Positions 40,485 through 53,476 of a stretch of 64,000 nucleotides of DNA are shown here, piece by piece (position 1 is the first letter of the stretch; every line of letters begins with the position of its first letter). The notes beneath the pieces are model-generated. The model made no database searches. It had not been told where the DNA came from and worked only from the letters and a program-made list of their open reading frames with translations. Where the stretch lies: assembly GCA_964016885.1 (NCBI GenBank), contig OZ024740.1, forward strand, positions 161,572,001-161,636,000. The letters run 5' to 3'. The translations under genes were made by a program, and so were the position numbers. Source of the DNA: Eledone cirrhosa (taxonomy: Eukaryota).

Positions 40485-42483
40485 TATTTAGTAGATATGG
40501 CACATTAAAAATATTTACAAAATAGATTGCTTCCTATTTCGTTCCAAAAAGTTTCAGTTTGTGTTGTGATTTTTGTCCAGTCAAGCAAATTTATTTTGTC
40601 TTCTGTCACATTATCAGGAGCATCTAAATATTTCATAACGTCACAATACTAAGGTATAGTCTTTACGGGTTAATGTTTATTCTTAAAAGAAATTGTGGCG
40701 TTTTTCTTTTAATTCGTTTAAATTTCAGGCAGTCTCTGCTTCAACTACATAAATAATAATTTCTAAATTAGGAACAAGGCCAGCAGTTTGTGGATCATAG
40801 TATTTTACTGGTACTTTATTTTATCGACTTTGAAAGGATGAGAGTCAAAGGGATTTGAACTCAAAACGTAAAAGATCATAATTAAATATCAAAAACATTT
40901 CGTCCGATACTATAGCTACTCTACCAACCAATCGCCCTTCAATGACAAAAATAATGATAGGAAAATATCTTAACGGCACTTACTTTAAATGTTTTCTTTG
41001 ATAAATTTTATTTTGCTAAATCATTAATAATTTCAATTTATGTTTAAGATACCGCTGAGGATTCAAAAAGTTCTCTATAATACAGGTGAACAAGTGGGCA
41101 ACGCAAATTTATTGTCAATTGATTTAAAATGTAATGAGGTTATCCAGTATTTTAACTTCAACAATATATTTAGACTTAAATCGATTGATTACGTAATTAA
41201 GATAAAGTGAGAAATGTTTTGTACTTCAATGAAGTAAAACGAGGAATGTCAATATTTTTTCATTAGAGTATATTTCAAATAATGCTTTAGCTATGTAACA
41301 CCTTTCACTAGGTCTTAGTGTGTTGTTATTTCCAGTCATTATTACACATTTCAACGGCTAATTGAATTGACAATCATTTGGTTTTGTAATCAGAAGGAAT
41401 TTTCAAAGGTGTTGAGCTATCATTCAATGTTTTACACAATATTTTCTGGCAGATGATTTTGAGAACCACTTATGTGTTTCCGCAATAAGAAATTATATAT
41501 TCCTCGATATATATTCAGAAATATGTGATCATACTAACTGTATAGAGCGACTCACACATTTTATCAAAATTAAAAATGGGACATCTTCGTAATTTGACAT
41601 AAACACCGTTGTTGAACACAATTATGAGTATCTATTGCAGCAACTTTATTCAAATCTAATTTCGTACATTCTAACAGTTTCTTAAGTCCTTTAACTATAT
41701 TTTCTGCATGACACTTATTCAATTGATCAAGACCTAGATATGTAAATACTACTTTGTTCGTATTATTATCTTATATTACAGTCACACCAAATACTTTCAA
41801 TACAGAAATATCATTGGACTTTTCAAGCAATAAGCTACATTTATTATTACTTATATCACCTGTTCAAAATGAGTACACATAATATTTCTTATAACATTTG
41901 TATATTTGGTATGAGATATTTTTATACCATTAACCAAATGATCGCCATTGGCAATTTATACAATAACAACTGAAAAACATAACTATTTATTCTTCCATTT
42001 TTGACGATTCATATTATTACTGACTTTGGAAATTGATGTTAACGGTGCAACATTTTACTCTGAGCATGTTGCTTTAAAACTTAATATTTTGCTTTCACGT
42101 CAAATTTGCAGTACTAACATTAAGTTTTATTATCGTCTCTTGGAAATGTTATTTCCTAGTTTTTAATCGTCTCAACATTTACCACTGTTTTCGAAATGTT
42201 TGATCATATTTTTTCAACGTTGACTTATAAAAGAATTGAATAAGTGAAATTAGTCCATATATGAAGTGTTAAGTATGAAATATAACAGGATGAATGAATG
42301 AAATGAACAAAAATGTAGATCTATAATAATAGGTATAAGAACTGCATCACACTGACACCAGCATTCCAAGTATGATCTCAACAATTAAACTTTTACAAAA
42401 CGTGTCACCTAAAGCGTCAGTTTGATCACACTCTATAGAGAATTACAGTCTGTGCCAGTAATAATATACTAACAATATATGTA

Positions 42484-42580
<97 letters not shown>

Positions 42581-42932
42581 TATTAAAATAACAGATTAAA
42601 GTTTAAGCAAAGAATCGCTGCTTTCACCCTTAACTTTAATCTGTTATTTTAATAAATATTTGCTCTACGGTTCTTATATATTTGATATATATTTATCCTT
42701 ATCGAGCCCTCTTTGGATTTTAGTCTTCAAATTTATTATTATTACTATATATATGATGGCTGCCCCCTCGTTATCGAGTATGGCCATTGCACGAGAGAAA
42801 AAAAACCATAATAATAACAATAATAATAATAACAACAATAATAATAACGACAACAACAACAACAATAATAATATACATATATATATACACACACGTGCAC
42901 ACATAAACATATCTACACACACACGATAGCAA

Positions 42933-43410
42933 TTAACAGCGCTGTGATCGAATGTGGCTTTTTAGCCCAACCAATGATCTAAAATGTCTTGTACAGAGTT
43001 GGCAACCAAAACATTCACTGGGAATAGCCGGCTGTGGTTGGAGTTCATGTACTTTTGCATGTCGTTTGAGCCCTCCTGCTGATTTACATTCTCTACCACA
43101 TGCTTGGCAAGCATGATGAGTAGCATCTCCAACAGCAGCCTGGTAGTCAACCACTAGTCTTACTTTATGACTGCGAAGATGACTTTCGAGTCCAGCTTTG
43201 CTTAGGCAGAGTCTCGCACAGACGCTGCATGTCAGCACCATAGGAGGACCTTCGCCGTCTGGAAATGCAACAGCAATGCCCTTCCTCACATCCCGCTTTA
43301 TTTTCTCGTATGCTATTCGAGATCCCTCAAAGGCAACTTTCCCCTCATATACAGTCTTTCTCCATTTATTACAATCAGCAGCAACATTTTCCCATGTATC
43401 AGCAGGGATG
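42933..43410 (-). pseudogene. RTE-like LINE C-terminus with three C2H2-type zinc fingers
   Basis: Upstream WENVAADCNKWRKTV, then CSVC..HLRSH, CQAC..HAKVH and CQLC..HIRSQ. Confidence 0.75.
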
Positions 43411-44090
43411 TTTTTTTTATTTATATATATATATATATATGGTGGCTGCCAACTCGTTTTCGAGTACGGCCACTACTTTATATCCATGTAGGAGAACCCC
43501 TACCGATGCGCTGAACGAGTGTGACATTTTAGTCCAGCCAGCGACTTGAAAACTCTAGTACAAACACTACACTTGTGACAATTATTGACACATAGTGCTG
43601 GGCCCATGGTACCATGTGACGACAAGTGCAGAGAGATCTCCAGATATAAAGCAATGCCTGTGCCGTGAAGCTTTTATAGTGAGAAAAGGCACTGCACAAA
43701 GCCAGTCCCACTCTCTTAACCAAGATGATATTTACCAAAGAGAAGAACAAGTCCACATCATTGGATACCATCAGGGTTGCAGGAGTTATATCAGAGTTTT
43801 CCTTCTCCTAGAATTCTGCCTTGATAAAGGCTAAGGGGTCATCTCTCCCGGTGATTTTGGATGGCCATTGACTCTTAAGAGCTCCTTTGCCCTTTGACAG
43901 GTTTTGTTTTTAGTCATGCAGGATGTCCAAAGTCACCCTCCTCACCAAGAAACCTATACATAAATACATACATCTATATATATATATACATATATATATA
44001 TATGCATATATACATACATACATACATACATATATATATACATATATATATATATGTGTATGTATGTATGTACGTATGTATGTATGTATG

Positions 44091-44205
<115 letters not shown>

Positions 44206-44239
44206 ATATATATATATGGATCCTTCGTCGATTCCGACA

Positions 44240-44560
44240 ATGAGTATTCAGTTTTTAGATTAAATGAATGTTCTAGATCAGGAGTTCAATCCTTGGTGAC
44301 ACGTGGTGTCCTTTAACTAGACATTTTATTTTACGTTGCTTCACTCCATTCAGCAGGCAAAAATGAGCTGTACAAGTAATTCAAAGCGCTAACTTTGTCA
44401 CTGTTACATGTTGAATCTTCCCCGTTAAGAGTACACATGTCTGTGGAATTCTCAGCCACGTGCATGTTAATTTCACGAGCAGGCTCTTCTGTTTGTCGTT
44501 CACCTGGAACACTCGTGATCGGAACCGACAAAGATCCAACAACATTCCACATACACAATG
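44240..44560 (+). mobile_element. tRNA-derived SINE, second family
   Basis: B-box-like ggagttcaatcc, gtgtcctt...aaaaatgag and gtggaattctcagccac; homologous to 58215-58860. Confidence 0.65.
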
Positions 44561-46372
44561 TAATTCATAAGCCGAATCAGGGAAGTACTGTATATGTCGT
44601 GGCTGGACATTTGAATTACACGCACAATCTGTCCAATGAATTTCTACATAATTTTCGACTGCCAGCTTAATTTTACTAACAAGGATTGACTCGATTCGAG
44701 GCTAAGATTCAAGTCACTTGTCTACGATATCACGTAGTGGAAGCGAAACCAAGACTTCGTGATTGTGAATTGAACTGAACCATTCAGCAACAATATTTTG
44801 TTTTTAAGTAATCTAACAAATACTCAAATCCCACCCCCAAAAATATGATTATATATCCATTATCTAAATGTTTAAAGCTTACATATATGCACAAGAAATC
44901 AATCTGAATCTGGATCAAAGAAAACATAGAGTGGCAATCAAGCCATTAAATAATGAGACAACGGAGTCACACTGTTGTCGCTTGGCATGCTAGAACTAAC
45001 AGCCAAATCTCCACAAAATCATACTCGACTATCGTAAAATAGATGGATACACTGGGCAATATTTTTGACTATGATGTACAAAAAAATGAAAGAAACCGAA
45101 CGGCGAAGACTAGAACAGATCAAGAATGGCCTGGTACAAATCAACAACAGTAACAACAATAATTATAATGTATTGATTTTTTAAGATAAGACAAATGCTC
45201 TCAAGTTGTAGCAAAGTGTAATGTCGATTTAATTATGCCCTATAATTCATGGTACTTAATTTACCTAACCACTGAAAGATAAAATACAAACTTGACTCTG
45301 GTGGGATTTGAACTCGGAACTGAAAAACAAAGGATGAGTGGGGAAAGTACTAAATATCGTAAATATTCGGTCGCCACAGACTGACAACTGTGCATATAAC
45401 TGTAATCTGTATTTCTTCCTTAGGTGACGTAAAGTCATAAGTTCAGTCATTCAAATTTTATTCCCACAGAAACATAGCTCTGTCCAGAAAAGGATCTTTA
45501 TTCATGAAGGAGTCGAAAGGGTGTTTGGGGCATTTATTTTTGTTGCTGTTGTTGTTCATTCAGGCTCTTTTAAACCTGGCTGCGCCCATCCATTCCCAGA
45601 CCGAATACAGCCGATTTTTTCCAGATAAAGTGAAAGAGGAGGAAAAAAGAGACATTTGTTGTGGACTGATACTTTATCAACTAAGAAAGGATGAACGGCA
45701 AAGTTTACCTCGGATGGATTTGAACGCAGAGCCCAGTGATCTGGAACATATACAAAGGCGTTAGGGTTAGGTAATCCGACGCCCTAGCGACTATTACTCT
45801 ATGCAATACGTTCGCTTTGTAAATATGTTAATTTAAAAGTGTGCAGAGCTAGTGTAGCTTTCCCTAATTAGCACTGAATGGTCTTTTGTGGCGTCCCCGT
45901 GTGTTCCAATGTCTGTTCGGCATGACACTCAGCGAACTCAAGACATGAAATATATGCACATTCAAGTTGAGCACCTAGCTTCTCTTAGTTCCAACACCGA
46001 CCTGCGTGGCCAAGAGCCAAATCCTACACGAGGTGACTCTGATATGGCTATCATGGGATAGTCTGCAAGAACAGGTCGGATCTAGAGGAGTAAGCTGCGA
46101 TAAAAACTCCTGTTTGTCTCATCGTAAGCAGTAACATATAAGGTGGCCATTAGTTTAATTAGATGACCTCGGCATCGAGAACACCAGTGGCTTCGCAGAT
46201 AATCAGCTATCAATTGGACAATGGGCTGGCACAACTGCTCGTATTAGTGGAGAAATCTATGAGCATGCAGATGTGGTGAGCGAACATATATTCTAGCCCT
46301 TAGAAAAAGAGAAATGCTTCACTTTCGATGGAAGGGTGACTCAAGATGGATATACATATGTATATATATATA

Positions 46373-46657
46373 TATCAATGATATTAATACATGGAAACTA
46401 TCTTTATAAAACCATATTTATTTTATTATATATATTTCAAGGGTACCAGAATTTTGGTCAGATAAAATACAAAAATTGTTTAATAAATATTTTTTGTATT
46501 TTATCTGATGAGAGCGTACCAAAATGTTGGTACTCTTTGGTGCCCCAGCATGGCCTCAGTCGGATGGCTGGAACAGGTAAAAGAGTAAAAGAGTATAAAA
46601 GAATAAAATAAATATGGTTTTATAAAGATAGTTTCCATGTATTAATATCATTGATAT
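46373..46657. repeat. Nested foldback containing two complementary half-damaged hammerheads
   Basis: Outer arms 46373-46427 / 46603-46657; inner arms tcagataaaatacaaaaa / tttttgtattttatctga. Confidence 0.85.
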
Positions 46658-46741
46658 TATACACCAGAAGAAATCTGTAGAGTGCTTCGAATCTGTTATA
46701 AATAAATTTGTTGAATAACCAACAAATTAAATATCTCTTTG

Positions 46742-46790
<49 letters not shown>

Positions 46791-46792
<2 letters not shown>

Positions 46793-46829
46793 TAGCAGAA
46801 AAACCTCCCTCGGGTGGTTTTCTGCTAGC
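46791..46829. mobile_element. CTAG-bounded hairpin, possible Helitron 3' end
   Basis: CTAGCAGAAAA-acc...ggt-TTTCTGCTAG directly after (TA)n; a similar cgggtattctgctagt occurs at 21189-21204. Confidence 0.4.
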
Positions 46830-46972
46830 ATATGTAGTGTGTATATTGATATTATATGCAAGTATATATACATGTAGCTATGATACGTCAAATAAAATCG
46901 TAATTGACAATATACACAGTCATACGCGCCAGGTGTAGAAAATCATTATCTCTCTATCTCTCTCATCACACA

Positions 46973-47004
<32 letters not shown>

Positions 47005-47454
47005 ATATATATGGTAGTTGAAGTAGTGGTGGTGGCGACGATATAACGGAAGTGCAACTTTGAAAAGAAGTCAATTTGAAATTATTTTAAAGTAATCCAA
47101 CTTAATAAGTAATCCAACTTATTTTACAAACGGGATAAAAAAAAACGTACACATAAAGTGCTTGTATTACCTGCCACACAATAATCATATATAAATGAGA
47201 CACACATAACTAACGCATACAATAACTACTACATCTGACTAACAAACTATCCTCTTGCATTATCTATGTTAACTGCCGAATGTATTTTAATTTTGTTTTA
47301 ATTTTGATATTGATCTTGACTTTGAATTTGAATTGCTATACGGAAGTAATATAATATAATATATGTCACTCCACTGTACATCAATATATACATATGTATA
47401 TGTATGTCTCTTGCGTTGGAAAGGAGGTCAATCATGTGTACAAACATTGAAAAA

Positions 47455-47501
47455 TGCTCCGAAGACTCCAAGCCTAGGTTTGGATGAAACAATTGTACGT
47501 T
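47455..47501 (+). ncRNA. Diverged family B hammerhead (C4 retained)
   Basis: TGCT-CCGAAGA-C-TCCAAGCC-ta-GGTTTGGA-T-GAAA-CAATTG-TA; flanks homologous to 3005-3200. Confidence 0.6.
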
Positions 47502-47589
47502 AATAAATGCTTTGAACATAGCTTTGATTCTTGTGAATTCTATATATATATATATATATACACATATATACACATACATATATATATAT

Positions 47590-48280
47590 ATATTATGAAT
47601 TACTGTCGGCTTCTTGCTCACATTAATTTCTCTATTTTCATTTATATTTATACTCGGAATTTTTCCTAGAGTGCTTAAAATTATTTGTGAGTAATCCCGT
47701 TTTTGTTTTTTTTAAACCGCGATAATATTGCTTTATGCTGAACTCCATATCTTTTGTTGAGTTTTTTTCGGAATGTTTTGACTGCTGTTTCTTGTAAACA
47801 GTCATTCGTTTCATTCTGACGTCACTAGCCCTGTTCTCCATGTGTGTTTATTATCTTAATTCCACACGAGGTGTAACTAGCCTGCTTTTAAGTTCCCTTT
47901 CTGGCATATTTTAGCAGTGCCTTTTGGTTATCCTGTTTCAGCTCTACTGATGAACGGTTCCAACCGTGACTAACCCCACTGAAAGGTTTCGTGAAATAGT
48001 CTTTTTAAGACGATATAGAGCATTTGTAGATTTTTCCAAATTGAAGGATAAGTATTTACCCTTAATTTTATTCTGAGTTAAGACTCTATTGCTTTTTTCC
48101 CTGGATTACACAAAATCTGTGGATAAAATTTCTGTCTTGATTTTTTTTAATTGAGATTGAATTATTTTCCCATATCTTACGTTAAATATTTTCCATCTTG
48201 ACGTAATAGTCACTTATATATTATGAATTACTGTTGGCTTCTTGTTCACATTAACTTCTCTATTTTCATTTATATATATA
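47590..48280 (+). mobile_element. (TA)n-flanked element, about 630-bp unit with about 60-bp terminal direct repeats and HHR
   Basis: tattatgaattactgt.ggcttcttg.tcacattaa.ttctctattttcatttata at about 47591 and 48219. Confidence 0.75.
47941..48021 (+). ncRNA. Type-I hammerhead with full helix III and branched helix II
   Basis: GCTCTA-CTGATGA-ACG...CGT-GAAA-TaGTCTT-ttt-AAGACgA-TA-TAGAGC; perfect 6-bp helix I. Confidence 0.8.
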
Positions 48281-48342
48281 TATCCCTACATACAAATACA
48301 CATAAACACACAAACACACACACACATATATATATATATATT

Positions 48343-48374
<32 letters not shown>

Positions 48375-48712
48375 TACACATATATATACACACACGTACA
48401 TACACACATACATACACACATATATACACGCATACATACGCATACACATATATAGATATATATACACACACCTACATACGCACACACACAATTAATTATA
48501 AGAACAAATAAAAAACAATGAACAAACATATAATGCAATAGGCCGTCACATAAAAATAAAAAATATACGACTTAAGAAAGTAAAAATTATTATAAAGTTG
48601 ACAGCGATACAGGAAAGGACACAAATAAATAAACAAACACACGTGGTAAGCAATACACACATCTACACATACATACATATAAATATATACACACACACAC
48701 ACATATACACAC

Positions 48713-48751
<39 letters not shown>

Positions 48752-49278
48752 AAAAAATGGGGAGAAGAATACTGCATGGTTGCACATGGATAACATGTTA
48801 TAAAATGAGTCCCTCATCAGTGATTTACCAACGGTCATAGGTATTTCATTGCATTAAAAATCATATACCTCACGTTGGCGCAATAATAACTAAAATAAGT
48901 TATTAGGATAATTAAAACGCGTAAAGCGAGTGAAACAAGTAAACAACACAGAGGAAAGCTAACCGAAGATAGGAAGAGACACAAGCTACATAGTTATTCT
49001 ATCAGAATAAGCTGGGTGAATATATGAGCGAGTAGAAAATAGACCTTTCGAGATGAATCCGATGTAAGAAAGAAGGAAAATCGTTAACGTCGCGAACGGG
49101 ATATACATATATATATATATCCAAAATTAAGATAAATTAAATTAATTTAATCTAAATCAAAATTATGGGTGTCATGCCAGAAAAGCATGCGCCATATCAC
49201 CCGGAAAATAAGCTCCAAGATTCTATCGAGTAGGTCCGAGCATTTTATAATAACTAGAAATTGATTAACATATATATA

Positions 49279-49487
49279 AACATGAATAATCACAGAAGAT
49301 AATTTTTACAAGTGTGTAACCACACATAGCTAGGTAGGTAACTAAATAAAGTTGACTAGAACTTCAAAAATAGATACCTTATAATATGGTATCTATTTTT
49401 GAAGTTCTAGTCAACTTTATTTAGTTACCTACCTAGCTATGTGTGGTTACACACTTGTAAAAATTATCTCCTGTGATTATTCATGTT
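49279..49487. repeat. Near-perfect palindrome, about 100-bp arms
   Basis: aacatgaataatcacag...aaaaatagatacc-ttataatat-ggtatctatttt...ctgtgattattcatgtt. Confidence 0.96.
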
Positions 49488-49559
49488 ATTATTCATATAA
49501 AATTATTCATGTTATTATTCATAATAAAATTATTCATGTTATTATTCATAATTTCTAGT

Positions 49560-49604
<45 letters not shown>

Positions 49605-49871
49605 AAAATACATAAATATTATATATATATATAAAAATAAAAATAAAAAGATGGAAGGGATAAACAAATAGTTGGGAATACGACAAATAATAAATAAATA
49701 AATAAATAGATAAAGGTATAAATGTTTATAGCGAGCTGATTTAGAGCACTCAACAAGTTCCTGGAGCAAATAATCAATGAAAATTAAATCACTCTGTATG
49801 TAATTATGCATATACAATTTTTCTTAAGATTTTTTTACTAGCTAGTTCTTAAGATTTGTTTACTAGGTAGT

Positions 49872-50824
49872 TCTTTAAAAATAGACAACCGGATTGAAAG
49901 CCTAACTAAACGTAAAGTATATATTACCCTTAAAGACCATAAATTAGACTTTACTAATCGACCTAGCTGTAGACTGATTAACCCGGCTAAATCCGAAGTT
50001 GGCTTTGCAAGTAAAAAAATCTTAAGAAAAATAATTCTCCAAATTAGAACTAAGACTGACTTATCACAATGGTTAAGTACATCCTCTGTTATTTCTTGGT
50101 TTAATAATATACAAGGTAAAAATAGGTGTAGATTTACCCAATTTGATATTGTTGATTTTTACCCCTCTGTTACTGTTTCCTTATTAACTAAAGCCTTAGA
50201 TTTTGCAACACCTTTCATTAATATTTCTAAATTAGAAGGCATTATCTTTCATGCTAGGAAAACTCTACTCTTTACTAATGAAAGTATTTGGGTTAAAAGG
50301 TCAAGCCCTGAAAACTCTTTTGATGTTGCAATGGGTTCATATGACAGTGCGGATGTGTGTGTGACTTAGTAGGATTATTCCTTCTCCACACCCTTAAAGA
50401 GAAATTTCCTTCCCATAATATCGGGTTATACCGTGACGACGGATTGGCAGTTTCTCATACCACCAACAGCCATAACCTTGATCAATTCCGTAAAGATTTA
50501 ATCAATCCTTTTGCTAACCTAAACCTTAAAATTACTATAGATACGAACCTTACCAATGCTAACTTTCTTGACATTAATCTTGATCTACTTACTGTCTCTT
50601 TTAAACCTTATCATAAACCTAACGAAAATCTAAGATATATACACAAAGAGTCTTGCCATCCCCCTATAGTTTTAAAAAATCTTATTCCCAATATTAGCCG
50701 TAGGATTTCTACCTTATCTTCGTCTCTAGGCATTTTTAACAGCGGCTTTACAGAACACATTAAATATTTACCTACTCCACCCCCTAAAACTAATCACAAT
50801 AATAGGAAAAGGAAAATTATTTGG

Positions 50825-50865
<41 letters not shown>

Positions 50866-51517
50866 CTTCTCTTTAACTGTCAAAACTAATGTAGGAAGGA
50901 AATTCCTTGACCTCTTAGACAAACATTTTCCTCCTAATCATAGATATTATAAGATATTTAATAGAAATGTAGTTAAAATCAGATACTCTTGCTGCCCATC
51001 AATGAAGTCTAAAATCACCAATTCTAATCGTACGAGAATAAATCCAGGATGCAGTTGCAGGAAGCCGGATGAATGCCCATTACAGGGCAAATGTAATACC
51101 AAATCCGTTGTATATGAGGCCAAAGTGACACCTTTGATTAACCAGCCAGCCAGGAGTGAACGATATGTTGGCATGACTCAGAACAGGTTCAAAACCAGGT
51201 TTTATGCACATGTCGCTTCTTTTAAACACTCTGATAAAAGAACAGCAACGGCTCTCGCAAATAAGGTGTGGGAATTCAAAGATAAAAACATCGTGTACTC
51301 TATCGATTGGTCTATTTTAGACCATTCGAAGGAATACCAAAGGGGCACAAAGAATTGTTCTTTGTGTACCACTGAAAACTTTAGAATTCTACAAAACTTG
51401 AAAGCCACTTCAACTTGCCTGAACTCCAAGACCGAGATCTTCAGATGTTGTCCTCACCTGAAATCACATCTGCTGTGTAACTGGATTGACATTCCTACGA
51501 TGACTCAACCACCTTGA
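49872..51517 (+). pseudogene. Penelope-like element RT plus GIY-YIG polyprotein (Naiad-type), 5'-truncated, one frameshift at about 50355
   Basis: RT: YITLKDHK..CRLINPAKSEVG, QFDIVDFYPS, FDVAMGSYDSADVCDLVG, GLYRDDGL. EN: CSCRKPDECPLQGKC, VVYEA..YVGMT..FKTRFYAH, CSLC..E, CPH. The clade is inferred from the CxCx5Cx5C linker. Confidence 0.92.
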
Positions 51518-51750
51518 ACTTCTTCTCTGCTCTTTACGCCTTATATCCACTACGATTTTTATTACTCTCTGAACTCACTTTCTGTACCCTTATATTCTTT
51601 TTCTCCCTTATCTCCCCTTATATTTAAACTTTTTCCTTTGTTATTTATTTTCCTTATTCCCCCCTACTTTCTACCTTACCCTTTACATACCCACCTTTTT
51701 ATTTATAGATATTTATTTCTGTGTGTATGTATGGGTTGTGTATATGTGTA

Positions 51751-51797
<47 letters not shown>

Positions 51798-51838
51798 ATA
51801 TGTGTATATAATTATATATATCTGTATGTATATGTATG

Positions 51839-51915
<77 letters not shown>

Positions 51916-52078
51916 TTATATGTGTGTGTGTACTTTTATTATCGTGGTGACATAACTTTTTGTATATATGTGTGTGTATATGTATATTTATATATATATA
52001 TATATATAATAGCCATCGAAACGGCTTGAGCTCTGCCGTCGGGGTCATACTTTTTCCTATATATATATATGTGTATGG

Positions 52079-52173
<95 letters not shown>

Positions 52174-52421
52174 TATGTATATGCATAAGTACATACAGAG
52201 TGATTTAATTTTCATTGATTATTTGCTCCAGGAACTTGTTGAGTCCTCTAAATCAGCTATAAATATTTATACCTTTATATATTTATTTATTTATTTATTA
52301 TTTGTCGTATTCCCAACTATTTGTTTACCCCTTCCACCTTTTTATTTTTATTTTTTTATATATATATATATATATATATAATATTTATGTATTTTCTTAT
52401 ATATATATATATGTGTGTGTG

Positions 52422-52469
<48 letters not shown>

Positions 52470-52484
52470 TATATATATACATAT

Positions 52485-52554
<70 letters not shown>

Positions 52555-52829
52555 AATAAAAATAAAAATAAAAGGTGGAAGGGGTAAACAAATAGTTGGG
52601 AATACGACAAATAATAAATAAATAAATAGATAAAGGTATATATATATATATAAATGTAAGTACGTATGTATACGTACATACATATATGTATACAGACGTA
52701 CAGTAGTATGTATATATATACATACATGCACACATATATATATGTACGTATGGGTTTACCGAACATTTAATATAATGCTCGGTTTGTTCGTTTGTAAACA
52801 AACAAACAGCCCGGATTATGCTGTACAGT

Positions 52830-53476
52830 GTTTACAAACGAACAAACCGAGCATTATAATAAATGTTCGGTAAACCCATACGTACATATATATATATATG
52901 TGCGCATGTATGTATATATATATATATACATACTACTGTGCGTCTGTATACATATATGTATGTACGTATACAAACATACTTACATTTAAGTATCAGCTTA
53001 CTAAAGGTGAGAAATGAAATTTCGTTTCATTCTTTTCCATTTATCGTTTTCGGTGCGCCCGGCCGACTAACTCACTCGATATGCAAATTATGCTGCTCAG
53101 CCGTTAATGTGCATAAGGAAAGTATATACTTTCAGACGTTCAACCATCTGGCAAGTAGGTATACGGTGCTGACGATAGCTAATAAGCTGGAAACTAGTAC
53201 ATCGTTCCTGTGTCAGTGTTGAACAAAAAGGGCGACGGTGGTTGCCTAAACACTGTACGGCATAATCCGGGCTGTTTGTTTGTTTACAAACGAACAAACC
53301 GAGCATTATAATAAATGTTCGGTAAACCCATACATACATATATATATGTGTTCATGTATGTATATATATACATACTACTGTACGTCTGTATAAATATATG
53401 TATGTACGTATACATACTTACATTTAAGTATCAGCCGGACTAAGAGTGATAAATGAAATTTCGTTTCATTCTTTTC
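52830..53476 (+). mobile_element. Retrozyme-like element: 452-bp unit, about 1.4 tandem copies, plus an upstream inverted partial copy (52655-52830)
   Basis: tttacaaacgaacaaaccgagcattataataaatgttcgg at 52831 and 53283; reverse complement at 52760-52800; HHR in the unique part. Confidence 0.8.
53163..53205 (+). ncRNA. Minimal type-I hammerhead ribozyme
   Basis: ACGGTG-CTGACGA-T-AGCT-aata-AGCT-G-GAAA-CTAG-TA-CATCGT: 6-bp helix I, palindromic helix III ACTAGT, GUA site. Confidence 0.85.

Noticed and set aside
48785-48826. CTGATGA on the minus strand near palindrome TAACATGTTA
   Set aside because: No GAAA and no convincing helix I or II.
51045-51480. Selenocysteine use in the Naiad-type endonuclease
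   Set aside because: The ORF has no in-frame TGA; the Cys codons are TGC/TGT.
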